A stretch of DNA of 62,033 nt, filler included, from 3 parts of 3 records of this genome joined end to end with filler, not necessarily neighbours in it, one strand, 5' to 3'. Positions 48,247 to 58,408 are shown, counted from the first letter of the whole stretch. Notes: generated by a model from the sequence alone, not told the origin. Program-made: numbers and translations.

Positions 48247-51200
48247 TTACTTCTTGTCTTCCAATTCGTTAGATATTGCCATGTCATCCTCTAACGAAGT
48301 TGATATTTCCGGAGAATGACCATTCTGCTCATGTTTTTCAAAATTTTGCATATGGCTTTCTTCCATTTGTTCCTTTATTGCCCGTTCAACTTCTTCTTTG
48401 GTCACTTTTTTTCCAGTGATCAACCATTTGGTACCAACTTTCATTTTATTGCTAAACGCCAAAAACAAAGGCAGCATCAATAAGGTCAATACGGTCGCGT
48501 ACCCAATTCCATAGGCAATGGATATAGCCATGGGTTTCAAAAATTGTGCTTGTCGACTTTTTTCCAATAACAAAGGTGCCAAACCGGCAATAGTCGTAAT
48601 GGATGTAAGAAATATAGCCCTAAACCTAGATTTACCGGCTTCATAAATGGCATCATCAAACTTCATTCCTTCCCTAAGATTACCATTAAATTTTCCAATA
48701 AGCACCAAGCCATCATTTACCATAATTCCTATTAAGGCAATAATCCCCAACATGGACAAAACGTTGATAGGAAAATCATGGATCCAGTGGCCCCAGGCCA
48801 CGGCGGTGATACTAAAAGGCACCAAAATAATCAAAAGTAGAGGTTGACTAAAACTCCTGAAGGTAAAGGCTATAGTAATATATATCAACAGCAAAACGGA
48901 AAGGCCCACAAATTTTAAAGACCCAAAAAGCTTTTGGGTTTCTCTGTTCTGCCCTTCATAGGATGCAGTTACAGTAGGATATCTAGAATGGATATCCGGC
49001 ATAATAACCGTCCTTATTTCATTCATAATATCGGTGGCACTGGTAGTCTTATCGTCTTTAATATCAGCAGAAACCTGAATTTCGCGCTGACCCTCCAAAT
49101 GGTTAATAGCCACATCTCCCCGCACTATAACGTAACTTGCAATTTCCTTTAAGGGTACCTTACTTCCACTGGGAGTACTAATCCTCATATCGTCCAAATC
49201 GTTGATGGACGAGCGATCGGAGCGGTCGTAACGCACCCAGACCCGGATTTCATCCTGTCCCCGTTGAAAACGTTGCGCCTGGGCCCCAAAAAATCCTGCA
49301 CGCACCTGATTCATAACACTTCTAAGATCCAACCCCATTAAATAGGCATTCTCCTTCAGCTCCAGCCGTATTTCCTTTATTCCTGCAGGATCATTGTCCG
49401 CAACATCCTTTAAAAGGGCATTGTTCTGCAAAATAGCTTTAAGCTCCTTTTTGGCCTCTTTTAATTCCACAATATTATTGCCCAATAGGGAAACAGAAAC
49501 AGGGCTACCCCCAAAATTACCCCCAGAACCATAGATGAGACTTTCTACCCCAATAACAGGACCTACCAGTTCCTGCAATCTATTGGTAATCAAATCCGAC
49601 CGTATCTCGTCTGGCCTTTCTTCCCCAGGCAAAAGATTAATGTCCAGCGAGGCCGTGGAGGAGCCGGGCCCTACTTTCCTAATCATGTTTTCAAAAAGCT
49701 TTTTACCAGTACCCTTTAAGTATTTTTCCGTCAGCTCCTGATCCACAATTTTGGCCTTCTCCTCAATTAGGCTAATTATGGAATCGGTTACCCTTTCATG
49801 GGTTCCATTCGGCATAAGCAAGTCTACGGATACCCGATCACTTGCCACCCGTGGAAAAAACGCAGTTCTGATTATTCCACCCCCAATGGAACCGAAACTT
49901 AAAAACAGTAACATTACGAATATAGAAAACATCAGAATTTTATAGCGGAGCGAAAAACGCAGAACGGGGCCATATAATTTATCCCTCATCCATACCATAA
50001 GTTTATCTCCCCATTCATTGATGACCCTTAATTTTGCAAACACCTTAGCTATTCCCTTTTTAGGCTTATTGTCCAAGGGCTGTAGGGCTTTTGAATGGGC
50101 CAAATGGGCAGGTAGAATAATCAAGGCCTCCACCAAGGAAACCACCAAAGTAAGTATCACGATTACGGATACCTCACCAAAAAATTCGCCGATCCTACTA
50201 TCCAAGAACAGGAAAATAGAAAATGCCAATATGGTAGTAATGATGGCCGAAATAATTGGAGGCAGTACCTCCATAACACCATCAACAGCCGCTTGTATGG
50301 GGGGCTTTCCCTTCTCGTAGTTCTGATAAATGTTTTCGGCGATTACAATACCGTCATCTACCAAAATACCGATTACGATAATCATTCCAAAAAGGGACAA
50401 AACATTGATGGTTACATCAAAGAATCCGGCAAAAACAAACATTCCCAAAAATGCTACTGGTAAGCCAAAGGCCACCCAAAACGCCAATCTGGTATTAAGA
50501 AACAGCGAAAGGAAGATGAGTACCAAAATCATCCCCATAATGGCATTTTCGGTCAACAATTGAGTACGTTGTGTTAGTGTAACGGACTGATCACTGACCA
50601 CACTCAATTTTACGTTGTTATGTTTTTGATTATACTCCTCTATATATTCCTTTACCTTTTCGGATGATGTTATTAAATCTTCCGTATTGGTACTTGTAAT
50701 AGCAATATTTACAGCTAGATTTCCATTGAAATAAGTAGCATTGGGCGTTTCCGAAAACCGATCCCTTATGACTGCCACATCCTTGAGGCGTACTGTTTGT
50801 CCGGACGCATTGGCCCTGACGATGACATTTGATAATTCATTTCCATAATACGACCTATTGTTGGCCCTGATCAGAAATTCCTCCGCATTAGTCTTAATAT
50901 TACCCCCGGTAACCAAAATATTGGCATTAGAGACGGCTTGGGCTACCTCGTCAAATGACACATTATAAGCCAAAAGGCTATTCTCGTTCACCGCAATCTC
51001 TATTTCCTCAGCAGGATATCCGGTAATTCCGATCTGGGAGATGCCCTCCATAGCCCTGATATCGTTCTCCACCTGCCTGCCTATCTGCTTCAATGCAGAC
51101 AAACTTATATTTTCACCACTTATGGCAAAACTAATGGTCTGTCTTACCGCCTCCAACTTGGAGACCACCAAAGGCTCCATACCCGTTGGGAACGAAGGCA

Positions 51201-51546
51201 CCCTATCAACGGCATTTTTAACTTCCAAGAGCATAAAATCTATATCCCTGCCCTTCTCTATCTCGACATTTATAATACCGCTGTTTTCCCTTGAAGTGGA
51301 AGTAACCCGGTCCACACCCTCCAAACCTTTTAGGTTATCCTCTATCTTAAGAACAATACCTTCCTCCACTTCTTGTGGGGAAGCACCCGGATAGGTTACA
51401 TTTATACTAATATTTTTGGAATCAGTAAGCGGGAAATATGAGGATTTTAATGACAATGCCCCTACTATACCAAAAATAAGGAAAGCCACAATTATGACAT
51501 TTACGGCTACATGGTACTTAATAAAATAGGCTATAATATTCCTCAT
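48247..51546 (-). CDS. RND efflux permease (AcrB/AcrD/AcrF family)
   Basis: YPGASP.EVE, GILVDDGIVIAENI, RFRAIFLTSITT, PMAIS; 12-TM architecture. Confidence 0.95.
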   Translation of the reverse strand: MRNIIAYFIKYHVAVNVIIVAFLIFGIVGALSLKSSYFPLTDSKNISINVTYPGASPQEVEEGIVLKIEDNLKGLEGVDRVTSTSRENSGIINVEIEKGRDIDFMLLEVKNAVDRVPSFPTGMEPLVVSKLEAVRQTISFAISGENISLSALKQIGRQVENDIRAMEGISQIGITGYPAEEIEIAVNENSLLAYNVSFDEVAQAVSNANILVTGGNIKTNAEEFLIRANNRSYYGNELSNVIVRANASGQTVRLKDVAVIRDRFSETPNATYFNGNLAVNIAITSTNTEDLITSSEKVKEYIEEYNQKHNNVKLSVVSDQSVTLTQRTQLLTENAIMGMILVLIFLSLFLNTRLAFWVAFGLPVAFLGMFVFAGFFDVTINVLSLFGMIIVIGILVDDGIVIAENIYQNYEKGKPPIQAAVDGVMEVLPPIISAIITTILAFSIFLFLDSRIGEFFGEVSVIVILTLVVSLVEALIILPAHLAHSKALQPLDNKPKKGIAKVFAKLRVINEWGDKLMVWMRDKLYGPVLRFSLRYKILMFSIFVMLLFLSFGSIGGGIIRTAFFPRVASDRVSVDLLMPNGTHERVTDSIISLIEEKAKIVDQELTEKYLKGTGKKLFENMIRKVGPGSSTASLDINLLPGEERPDEIRSDLITNRLQELVGPVIGVESLIYGSGGNFGGSPVSVSLLGNNIVELKEAKKELKAILQNNALLKDVADNDPAGIKEIRLELKENAYLMGLDLRSVMNQVRAGFFGAQAQRFQRGQDEIRVWVRYDRSDRSSINDLDDMRISTPSGSKVPLKEIASYVIVRGDVAINHLEGQREIQVSADIKDDKTTSATDIMNEIRTVIMPDIHSRYPTVTASYEGQNRETQKLFGSLKFVGLSVLLLIYITIAFTFRSFSQPLLLIILVPFSITAVAWGHWIHDFPINVLSMLGIIALIGIMVNDGLVLIGKFNGNLREGMKFDDAIYEAGKSRFRAIFLTSITTIAGLAPLLLEKSRQAQFLKPMAISIAYGIGYATVLTLLMLPLFLAFSNKMKVGTKWLITGKKVTKEEVERAIKEQMEESHMQNFEKHEQNGHSPEISTSLEDDMAISNELEDKK

Positions 51547-52682
51547 AAGTTTTGATTGTTGGTTACTTGGTCTTGAAATACTTTTACCAACATTCCAGCA
51601 TAGGCTCCCATTACCGGTTTGGATAGAATTGTTATTCCCTCGGGAACATCCTTTAAAACCACACTATTATCCGAATAATAAACAGGTTTAACCGGTATCA
51701 AATCCAGAACGGAGTCCCTGACCACAAATATTTCTTGGGTTTCCAGCAATAAACTTCTGTTTATTTCAATGGCATTTGGCTCTTCCTTGGCTTTTAGATG
51801 GGCCTCTAGGTACATCCCTTCCCTTAGGTCCGGATCCTTCACCTCTATAAAAGCCGTAATGGTCTGGGAAGCCAGATCTACCCGACCGTTTATTCTCGTA
51901 ACTTTCCCTTGATAGGTTTTGTTATTATCAATGCTTTTTAACTGCACTACCTCACCAACATTCAATAGATCGCTGTAGGTCTTGCTAATGGCGACTTCCA
52001 ATTCGTAATCATTGGTATTGATAAATTCTCCCAATTTTTGCCCAGACCTGACCAAGGTCCCTTCTGTGACCAATGCTTCGGTCAAAACCCCGTTAAAAGG
52101 TGCCGCAATTGTATATTTGGCCAAACGTTGCTCTAAATTTTTTATAGTGTAGTAATTGGTCAAAATACCTCGCCCGGAAATAAAATATTTTTCTTTGTCC
52201 GTATTCATTTCCGGAAGGGGAGGAACACTTTTATTTATATCAAAACTGGCCAGAAAGGATTGCCATTTATCAAATACCTCCGGATAGTCCAATCTAAGAT
52301 CGGGCATTATGGAAGTGATTAAATTGTATAAATTACTTTTGGAGGATTGAACGTTGGCGTAATATTCAGCAGCGTCTATCCTTATAAGTATTTCTCCCGC
52401 CCTATATTCCTGTCCTGGTTTAAATAGTTTGTTCCCAGATTTAAAAACCCCTTGGACTTCAGCATAGAGCTCCACCCTTCTTTTGGCTACAAGATTTCCG
52501 TTTGCCGGAACAATAATTGGCACATTACCATTCTTGACCGTCTCAACCATAACCGTTTTTACCACTTTCTCTGGTCGTGGCTTTGGAGTAGTCTTACTAT
52601 TGACAATATATTTTGCACCAAAAAAGGAGCCTATTATTAGGAGGCCCCCAATAATAGATAATGCAATTTTTCTAGAATTCAT
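51543..52682 (-). CDS. RND periplasmic adaptor (membrane fusion protein)
   Basis: N-terminal anchor, AEVQG, IAAPFNG..., LREGMY; 4-nt overlap with the RND gene. Confidence 0.9.
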   Translation of the reverse strand: MNSRKIALSIIGGLLIIGSFFGAKYIVNSKTTPKPRPEKVVKTVMVETVKNGNVPIIVPANGNLVAKRRVELYAEVQGVFKSGNKLFKPGQEYRAGEILIRIDAAEYYANVQSSKSNLYNLITSIMPDLRLDYPEVFDKWQSFLASFDINKSVPPLPEMNTDKEKYFISGRGILTNYYTIKNLEQRLAKYTIAAPFNGVLTEALVTEGTLVRSGQKLGEFINTNDYELEVAISKTYSDLLNVGEVVQLKSIDNNKTYQGKVTRINGRVDLASQTITAFIEVKDPDLREGMYLEAHLKAKEEPNAIEINRSLLLETQEIFVVRDSVLDLIPVKPVYYSDNSVVLKDVPEGITILSKPVMGAYAGMLVKVFQDQVTNNQNL

Positions 52683-52708
52683 ATAGGGTTTATAAGTTGG
52701 TTTGACTG

Positions 52709-52716
52709 CAAAACTA
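52709..52716 (-). promoter_or_regulatory. Bacteroidota -7 promoter element of the RND operon
   Basis: TAGTTTTG matches TAnnTTTG, 26 nt upstream of the adaptor ATG. Confidence 0.55.
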
Positions 52717-52778
52717 TCTATTAGTTTAAGGGATACTTGTTAAATGTATCTTAAAGTTCCGAAATACGGCATTAATCC

Positions 52779-52808
52779 AAAAAAAAAGGAATACAAATTG
52801 TATTCCTT
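52779..52808 (-). terminator. Terminator after the tandem LRR genes
   Basis: AAGGAATACA-AAT-TGTATTCCTT hairpin with a T-run on the minus strand. Confidence 0.8.
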
Positions 52809-52839
52809 CTAACCAAACCAACTTATTTTTAAGTAATTA

Positions 52840-53751
52840 CTATTCCTCCATTTCATCCTCAAACTTCGTATCTGCCATTCTTGTTTTAATGACATCAAAA
52901 TCCTTATACTTATTTTCTTTTTCTACTTCTACCTTATCGTAATCAAAGACAAGGAACTGACCAGAATTCATGCCTTCCATATTATCAAAAGAGAAAATAT
53001 TGTTATTCTGAATTTGAAGGACCTTAAGGCTGCCCAATTGCCCAAACTCTTTGGGAATTTCCCCGCCAAGTTCATTGTTTGCCAGTACCAGCTCTTTTAA
53101 TTGTCCCAATTTGCCCAATTCACCAGGGATAGAACCGTACAATTTATTTTCAAAAAGTCCCAGACTCTCCAATTTTGAAAGTTCTCCCAAAGAGTTAGGT
53201 ATGCGCCCTGTAAGTTCATTGCTGGACAAATTAAGCTCCTTTAAGGTTTGAATATTTCCAAGACTTTCGGGTATTCTTCCACTTAAGAAGTTATTGAAGG
53301 CAGAAAGTTTAACCAAGGATTTCATATTCCCGATTTCCGATGGTATTTCACCCTCCAACCTGTTCATCTCCAGTTTCAACACCTCCAATTTACTTAACTG
53401 AGCTATACTTTTCGGTATTTCCCCACTTATGGTATTGAAGGCAAGGTTTAGATTTACCAAGTGTTTCAAATCCCCTATACTTTCTGGTAGGCTCCCTACA
53501 AGGTTATTCCTAAAAAGGTTAATATCCACCACATGCCCGTTCTGGACCGTCACCCCAAACCAGGTGTCAACAGGGGCATTAACATCCCATGTAGTATTCC
53601 ATTTTTGGCCTTGGGTGCTTTTGTAAAGTTCCAATAACACGTTTTTTTCGCTTTTTGGAACCATGGCATTTGCCGCAGTGGCAAATACTATACAAAATAC
53701 AATCACTCCAAAAAAGCACGCTCTTTGTAATTTTTGTTGTATCATATACAC
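52840..53751 (-). CDS. Secreted plant-type leucine-rich repeat protein (copy 1)
   Basis: Signal peptide; cap W..W...W.GV; about 7 24-aa LxxLxLxxNxLxGxIP repeats. Confidence 0.9.
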   Translation of the reverse strand: MYMIQQKLQRACFFGVIVFCIVFATAANAMVPKSEKNVLLELYKSTQGQKWNTTWDVNAPVDTWFGVTVQNGHVVDINLFRNNLVGSLPESIGDLKHLVNLNLAFNTISGEIPKSIAQLSKLEVLKLEMNRLEGEIPSEIGNMKSLVKLSAFNNFLSGRIPESLGNIQTLKELNLSSNELTGRIPNSLGELSKLESLGLFENKLYGSIPGELGKLGQLKELVLANNELGGEIPKEFGQLGSLKVLQIQNNNIFSFDNMEGMNSGQFLVFDYDKVEVEKENKYKDFDVIKTRMADTKFEDEMEE

Positions 53752-53757
53752 AATCTT

Positions 53758-54636
53758 TTAATTAAAACTATCCTCAAATCTGGTATCAGCCGTTCTAACG
53801 TCCTTATTACTATTTATTTTATTAAGATCAAAGTTTCTGTGATTACCTCCGTCAAAATCAAAAAGGGCAAAATTATTATTGGCTGCATCGTTGCTGAAAT
53901 CATTTCCGCCAAATCTATTATTTTGAAGTTGTACCAATTTTAGATTGGGAAGGCTCAAGATATCCTCAGGGAATTCTCCACGGAATCGGTTCTCCGCCAA
54001 AACAAGCATTTTTAGATTGGTCAGGTTTTCCAGACTCTCTGGCACTTCACCACTAAAATTGTTATCGCCCAACTCCAAACGTTCTAAATATTTTAAATTT
54101 CCATAGGTCAAAGGAATAGAACCACTTAATCCGTTATGGGAAAGCAATATTACCCTTAGCCTTTTAATCTCACTCATGCTTTGGGGCAATTCTCCAGAAA
54201 GGTCATTATAAAACAGATCCAGTACAAGAAGTTTTTCCAGACTCCCAATATTTTTAGGTATCCCTCCTGTTATCTTGTTTTTACCCAACCTAAGTACAAC
54301 CAATTTTCTTAATTCCGTTATACTTTCCGGAATACTCCCTCCAATATTATTTAGAGCAAGGTTCAATACCTTTAAATTCTTTAGGTCGCCTATGGAATTT
54401 GGTATGCTCCCCCTAAGATTGTTATTCATTAAATTAACGGATACCACCTTATTGTTCTCTAGGGTAATACCCTCCCAGCTAGAAACCGGGGCATTCAGAT
54501 CCCACCCCTTGGTCCAGTTATCGCCCTTAGCACTGTGATAGAGGTCTATAAGCGCATTTTTTTCCAGATCAGAAACCTGCCCGGACAAAAATTGCCCAAT
54601 TATAACCATAAATAGCATAAACATGCTTTTTCTCAT
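53758..54636 (-). CDS. Secreted plant-type leucine-rich repeat protein (copy 2)
   Basis: Same cap and LxxLxLxxNxxxGxIP repeats; clear paralogue of copy 1, 6 nt apart. Confidence 0.9.
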   Translation of the reverse strand: MRKSMFMLFMVIIGQFLSGQVSDLEKNALIDLYHSAKGDNWTKGWDLNAPVSSWEGITLENNKVVSVNLMNNNLRGSIPNSIGDLKNLKVLNLALNNIGGSIPESITELRKLVVLRLGKNKITGGIPKNIGSLEKLLVLDLFYNDLSGELPQSMSEIKRLRVILLSHNGLSGSIPLTYGNLKYLERLELGDNNFSGEVPESLENLTNLKMLVLAENRFRGEFPEDILSLPNLKLVQLQNNRFGGNDFSNDAANNNFALFDFDGGNHRNFDLNKINSNKDVRTADTRFEDSFN

Positions 54637-54801
54637 ATTTTCACTTTTATCCTAAATAAGGAATAAGAATTACCCTACAAAATAAGGTTATTGTCCGACA
54701 AACAGCAAAAATACTCGATGAAAAAAGCTAGAAAGGCCCATATTTGTTGTGAAAGTGCCAAAAGTTGTGGTGAGAGAAATTCAACCACTTGGATTTATTT
54801 C

Positions 54802-56718
54802 CTACAAAGAGATTTCTTCGAGTTCCAAAGTGATATTTTCCCAAGTTTTCATTAGGCTTTCGAGGTTCTTTTTTTTCTTTTGATAGGAATCGAAAAAATT
54901 GGCCTTTGCAATTGTTGCATCATAATTCATAAGTAGGTCATGATCAATTGCAGCTATCTCTTTTTCTAAGCTGGCAATGTCACTTTCCGTTGAACTGAGC
55001 CTATTTTTTAAGGATTTTATCTTTTTTTGATCTTCGAAATCGATGTGTTTCTCCTGGGGTTTTTCTTTTTTCTGAACTACTGTTTGCTTCTTTTCTATAG
55101 CCCTGAAATCATCAACTTTCCTCTGTTCCAAATAGAAATCGATATCCCCAAGATATTCTTTGATGCTACCATCCTTAAATTCATATACCTTGTTGGTAAG
55201 GCCTTGCAAAAAATCCCTATCGTGACTCACCAATATCAATGTTCCATCAAAATTCTGAAGTGCCTGCTTAAGCACATTCTTGGATTTAATGTCCAAATGG
55301 TTTGTTGGCTCATCCATAACCAACACATTAAAGGGCTGTAGTAACATTTTAGCAAGGGCCAATCTGTTCCGCTCACCTCCGGATAGTACTTTTACATATT
55401 TCTCCACCTCATCGCCCCTAAATAAAAAAGACCCTAATATATCCCTAACTTTACTTCTGTTCTTTTCATTGGCCGCATCTATCATGGTATCCAAAATAGT
55501 CTTTTCCCCATCCAAATATTCTGCCTGATTTTGAGCGAAATAACCGATTTGAACATTATGCCCTAATTTTAGATGTCCCTTATGATCCAAATCTCCCACC
55601 ATTATTTTAGCGAGAGTGGATTTCCCTTGCCCATTTTGTCCAACAAAGGCCGTCTTAGAGTCGCGCTCTATCAATAGGTCTATTTTCTTTAAAACATGGT
55701 TATCCCCATAACTCTTGGACAGACCTTCTATTTCTGTTACAACTTTACCAGGGGTAACGGAAATTTGAAATCTTAGGTTCATTACACTATTGTCATCCTC
55801 ATCAACCTCTATCCGCTCCATTTTATCGAGCTTCTTGATCAGGGACTGTGCCATGGAAGCCTTTGTGGATTTGGCCCTGAACTTTTCAATCAGTCTTTCC
55901 GCCTGCTGTATTTCCTTCTCTTGGTTTTTCTGGGCATTTAGCTGCTGTTGCTTTATTTCGTTCCTTAGTACCAAATATTTGGAGTAGGGCTTATTGTAAT
56001 CATATATCCTTCCCAATGAAATTTCAATAGTCCTATTGGTAACATTATCCAAAAACATTTTATCGTGGGAGACTATCATTACACCCCCTGGATAATTCTT
56101 CAGGAAATTTTCCAACCAAATTATTGATTCTATATCCAGGTGGTTCGTTGGCTCATCCAACAAGAGCACGTCATTGCTCTGTAACAAAAGTTTTGCCAAT
56201 TCTATCCGCATCCTCCAACCTCCGGAAAAGGTTTCGGTTTTACGATCAAAATCCTCACGTTTAAAACCCAGACCCAACAATACTTTTTCGGTTTCGCCCT
56301 GATAGTTGTACCCTCCCAATATCTCATAATGATGGGTTACATCGTTCAAGTCTATAATTAATTGATTATAGGCCTCACTTTCATAGTCGGTACGTTCTGC
56401 CAACTGATGGTTAATCTCGTCCAACCTCAACTCCAAAGCTTTTATTTCCTCAAAGGCCTGATGCGCCTCTTCCTGCACCGTCCTACCTAGATCAAAATCG
56501 ATATCCTGTCTCAAGAATCCCATTTTAAGATCCTTATCAGAGGCTATAGTACCCGAATCTATGGGCATATCCTTTGATAAAATTTTCAAAAGCGTAGATT
56601 TCCCTGCTCCGTTTTTTCCTATTAGACCAACTCGATCCCCGGAATTTAAACGGAAAGATATTTCTTCAAACAGATATTCTCCTCCAAAAGAAACGGAGAG
56701 ATTGTGGATATTAAGCAT
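54802..56718 (-). CDS. ABC-F family ATP-binding protein
   Basis: Two NBDs (GKNGAGKST/FSGGW/LLLDEPTNHLD and GQNGQGKST/LSGGE/DEPTNHLD), no TM domain, coiled-coil tail. Confidence 0.94.
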   Translation of the reverse strand: MLNIHNLSVSFGGEYLFEEISFRLNSGDRVGLIGKNGAGKSTLLKILSKDMPIDSGTIASDKDLKMGFLRQDIDFDLGRTVQEEAHQAFEEIKALELRLDEINHQLAERTDYESEAYNQLIIDLNDVTHHYEILGGYNYQGETEKVLLGLGFKREDFDRKTETFSGGWRMRIELAKLLLQSNDVLLLDEPTNHLDIESIIWLENFLKNYPGGVMIVSHDKMFLDNVTNRTIEISLGRIYDYNKPYSKYLVLRNEIKQQQLNAQKNQEKEIQQAERLIEKFRAKSTKASMAQSLIKKLDKMERIEVDEDDNSVMNLRFQISVTPGKVVTEIEGLSKSYGDNHVLKKIDLLIERDSKTAFVGQNGQGKSTLAKIMVGDLDHKGHLKLGHNVQIGYFAQNQAEYLDGEKTILDTMIDAANEKNRSKVRDILGSFLFRGDEVEKYVKVLSGGERNRLALAKMLLQPFNVLVMDEPTNHLDIKSKNVLKQALQNFDGTLILVSHDRDFLQGLTNKVYEFKDGSIKEYLGDIDFYLEQRKVDDFRAIEKKQTVVQKKEKPQEKHIDFEDQKKIKSLKNRLSSTESDIASLEKEIAAIDHDLLMNYDATIAKANFFDSYQKKKKNLESLMKTWENITLELEEISL

Positions 56719-56783
56719 ATTCGGTGACTATTGTTACACTAATTAATGCTACAAAAATGTAATTTTGTAGAAACTTTTTGCAA

Positions 56784-57176
56784 ATGTTAAAAAAAGGAAA
56801 CAAACTCTACAGCATTTTAACAGGAACTTGTCCTAAATGTCATGAAGAGAGTATGTATCAGGACAAAAACCCATATCATTTGGGCAATATCTTCAAAATG
56901 AACGAGCGTTGTTCGCATTGCGGAACCAAATATAAAATAGAACCCTCTTTTTTTTATGGGGCCATGTATGTTAGTTACGGTGTAGGTGTAGCCTTTGCCG
57001 TAGCCGCTTTCGTAATTGCCTTTTTATTTTTCAAAGCTACCTTGATAAATACATTTATTGCAATTATTGCTACAATGATCGTATTTATGCCATTTATCAT
57101 TAGGGTATCGCGAAACATCTGGATCAATTTCTTCATAAAATACGACCCAAAGGCCACCACTAAGATCAGTTCCTAA
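56784..57176 (+). CDS. DUF983-family protein
   Basis: CPKC and CSHC pairs, EPSFFYGAMYVSY, two TM helices; TAATTTTG -7 element at 56760-56767. Confidence 0.85.
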   Translation: MLKKGNKLYSILTGTCPKCHEESMYQDKNPYHLGNIFKMNERCSHCGTKYKIEPSFFYGAMYVSYGVGVAFAVAAFVIAFLFFKATLINTFIAIIATMIVFMPFIIRVSRNIWINFFIKYDPKATTKISS

Positions 57177-58221
57177 AATGCTTCTTGGTAAAACGGCATA
57201 GGTCCATTTCAGGCACAATAGCCTCTTTATTTTCTATTAAGGCATAAAGTTGCATGGACGCCATTGGGGCGATCATTACCCCACGTGAACCCAGACCATT
57301 GAGCAAATACATGTTTTCATGTTGGGGATGCCTGCCTACTAATGGCTTCCTATCACTTACCGTTGGTCTAATTCCCGCCACATGGTCAACAACTTCATAA
57401 GGGCATTTTAGAAAAGTATTCAACTTTTGCAAAAGCTCCTGTTTACATTCTTCGGTGGGAGTATTGCTTTTATCTTTCCATTTATAGGTAGCCCCCACCC
57501 TATACATATCACTGCCCAAGGGAATAATAAAAACGGACGATTTTATAACCCTCTCCTCTTTTAAGGTCGGTGCCTTGATCGTCAGTAATTCACCTTTGGT
57601 ACCGTTGAGCGGCAAATAATTAAAATACGGGTTGTTTTTTAACCCAAATCCTGTTGCAAAAACTATGTTTTTAGCCTTTGTACCTTGATATTCCACAAAT
57701 CCGTCCTTTAACGTCAGGGCTTTAAAATCAAAGGTTTCCCTGAGCAATACATCTTTATCCCTCAGATACTTGCCGTAGTGCAATAGTAAAACGGCAGTAT
57801 CTATCCTTCCCGTATGCATTACCTCCCCATAGCCATAGGGCGCTTCAATATTGGGATTATGGTTGGTAAGTATTTTTGGGGCCACAAAGAGGCCCAAATT
57901 TGGTTTGTCCGAAGCTTCAAACCAAAGGTTCTGTTCGTTTATACTGGCAAAACGCCTCAAGATCGGAATTTTGTAATCCAGCTGGATATTTAATTTCTTT
58001 TCCAATTCGGAATAGAAAGGAATGGCCAAATCCAACTGTTCTTTGGCATTCCAGGCCAATGTAAAACGCTTAAGGGTTACAGGATTATAAAGTCCGCCTG
58101 CTACCACGGAAGAGGTTTGGGAATCATCACTGATTACTTTAAACGATTTTTTATTGCTCTCCAATACTTCGCAAAAGGAAATACCGGCCAAGCCCAGACC
58201 CACAATTAGATAATCTACCAT
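57166..58221 (-). CDS. FAD-dependent oxidoreductase (DAO/glycine oxidase-like)
   Basis: IVGLGLAG, KGELL, VGATY, AGIRPT, NGLGSRG; start at ATG 58221. Confidence 0.88.
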   Translation of the reverse strand: MVDYLIVGLGLAGISFCEVLESNKKSFKVISDDSQTSSVVAGGLYNPVTLKRFTLAWNAKEQLDLAIPFYSELEKKLNIQLDYKIPILRRFASINEQNLWFEASDKPNLGLFVAPKILTNHNPNIEAPYGYGEVMHTGRIDTAVLLLHYGKYLRDKDVLLRETFDFKALTLKDGFVEYQGTKAKNIVFATGFGLKNNPYFNYLPLNGTKGELLTIKAPTLKEERVIKSSVFIIPLGSDMYRVGATYKWKDKSNTPTEECKQELLQKLNTFLKCPYEVVDHVAGIRPTVSDRKPLVGRHPQHENMYLLNGLGSRGVMIAPMASMQLYALIENKEAIVPEMDLCRFTKKHFRN

Positions 58222-58340
58222 TTTGCAAAAGTAGAGAAGGAATTCCAAACCTTCATCAAATTGAATTATTAATCATCCTACTTTCTAGAAAAGCAACTTT
58301 CTTAACGGCACAGTGATTTAAAGTAATCTCCAAAATTGTT

Positions 58341-58373
58341 AAAAAAAGAAACGCCACATCTTACGAAGTGGCG
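58341..58373 (-). terminator. Terminator after gldN
   Basis: Minus strand CGCCACTTC-GTAA-GATGTGGCG followed by TTTCTTTTTTT. Confidence 0.78.
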
Positions 58374-58408
58374 CTTTGCTTTATATGTGAATTGGAATAT
58401 TATTAAGG

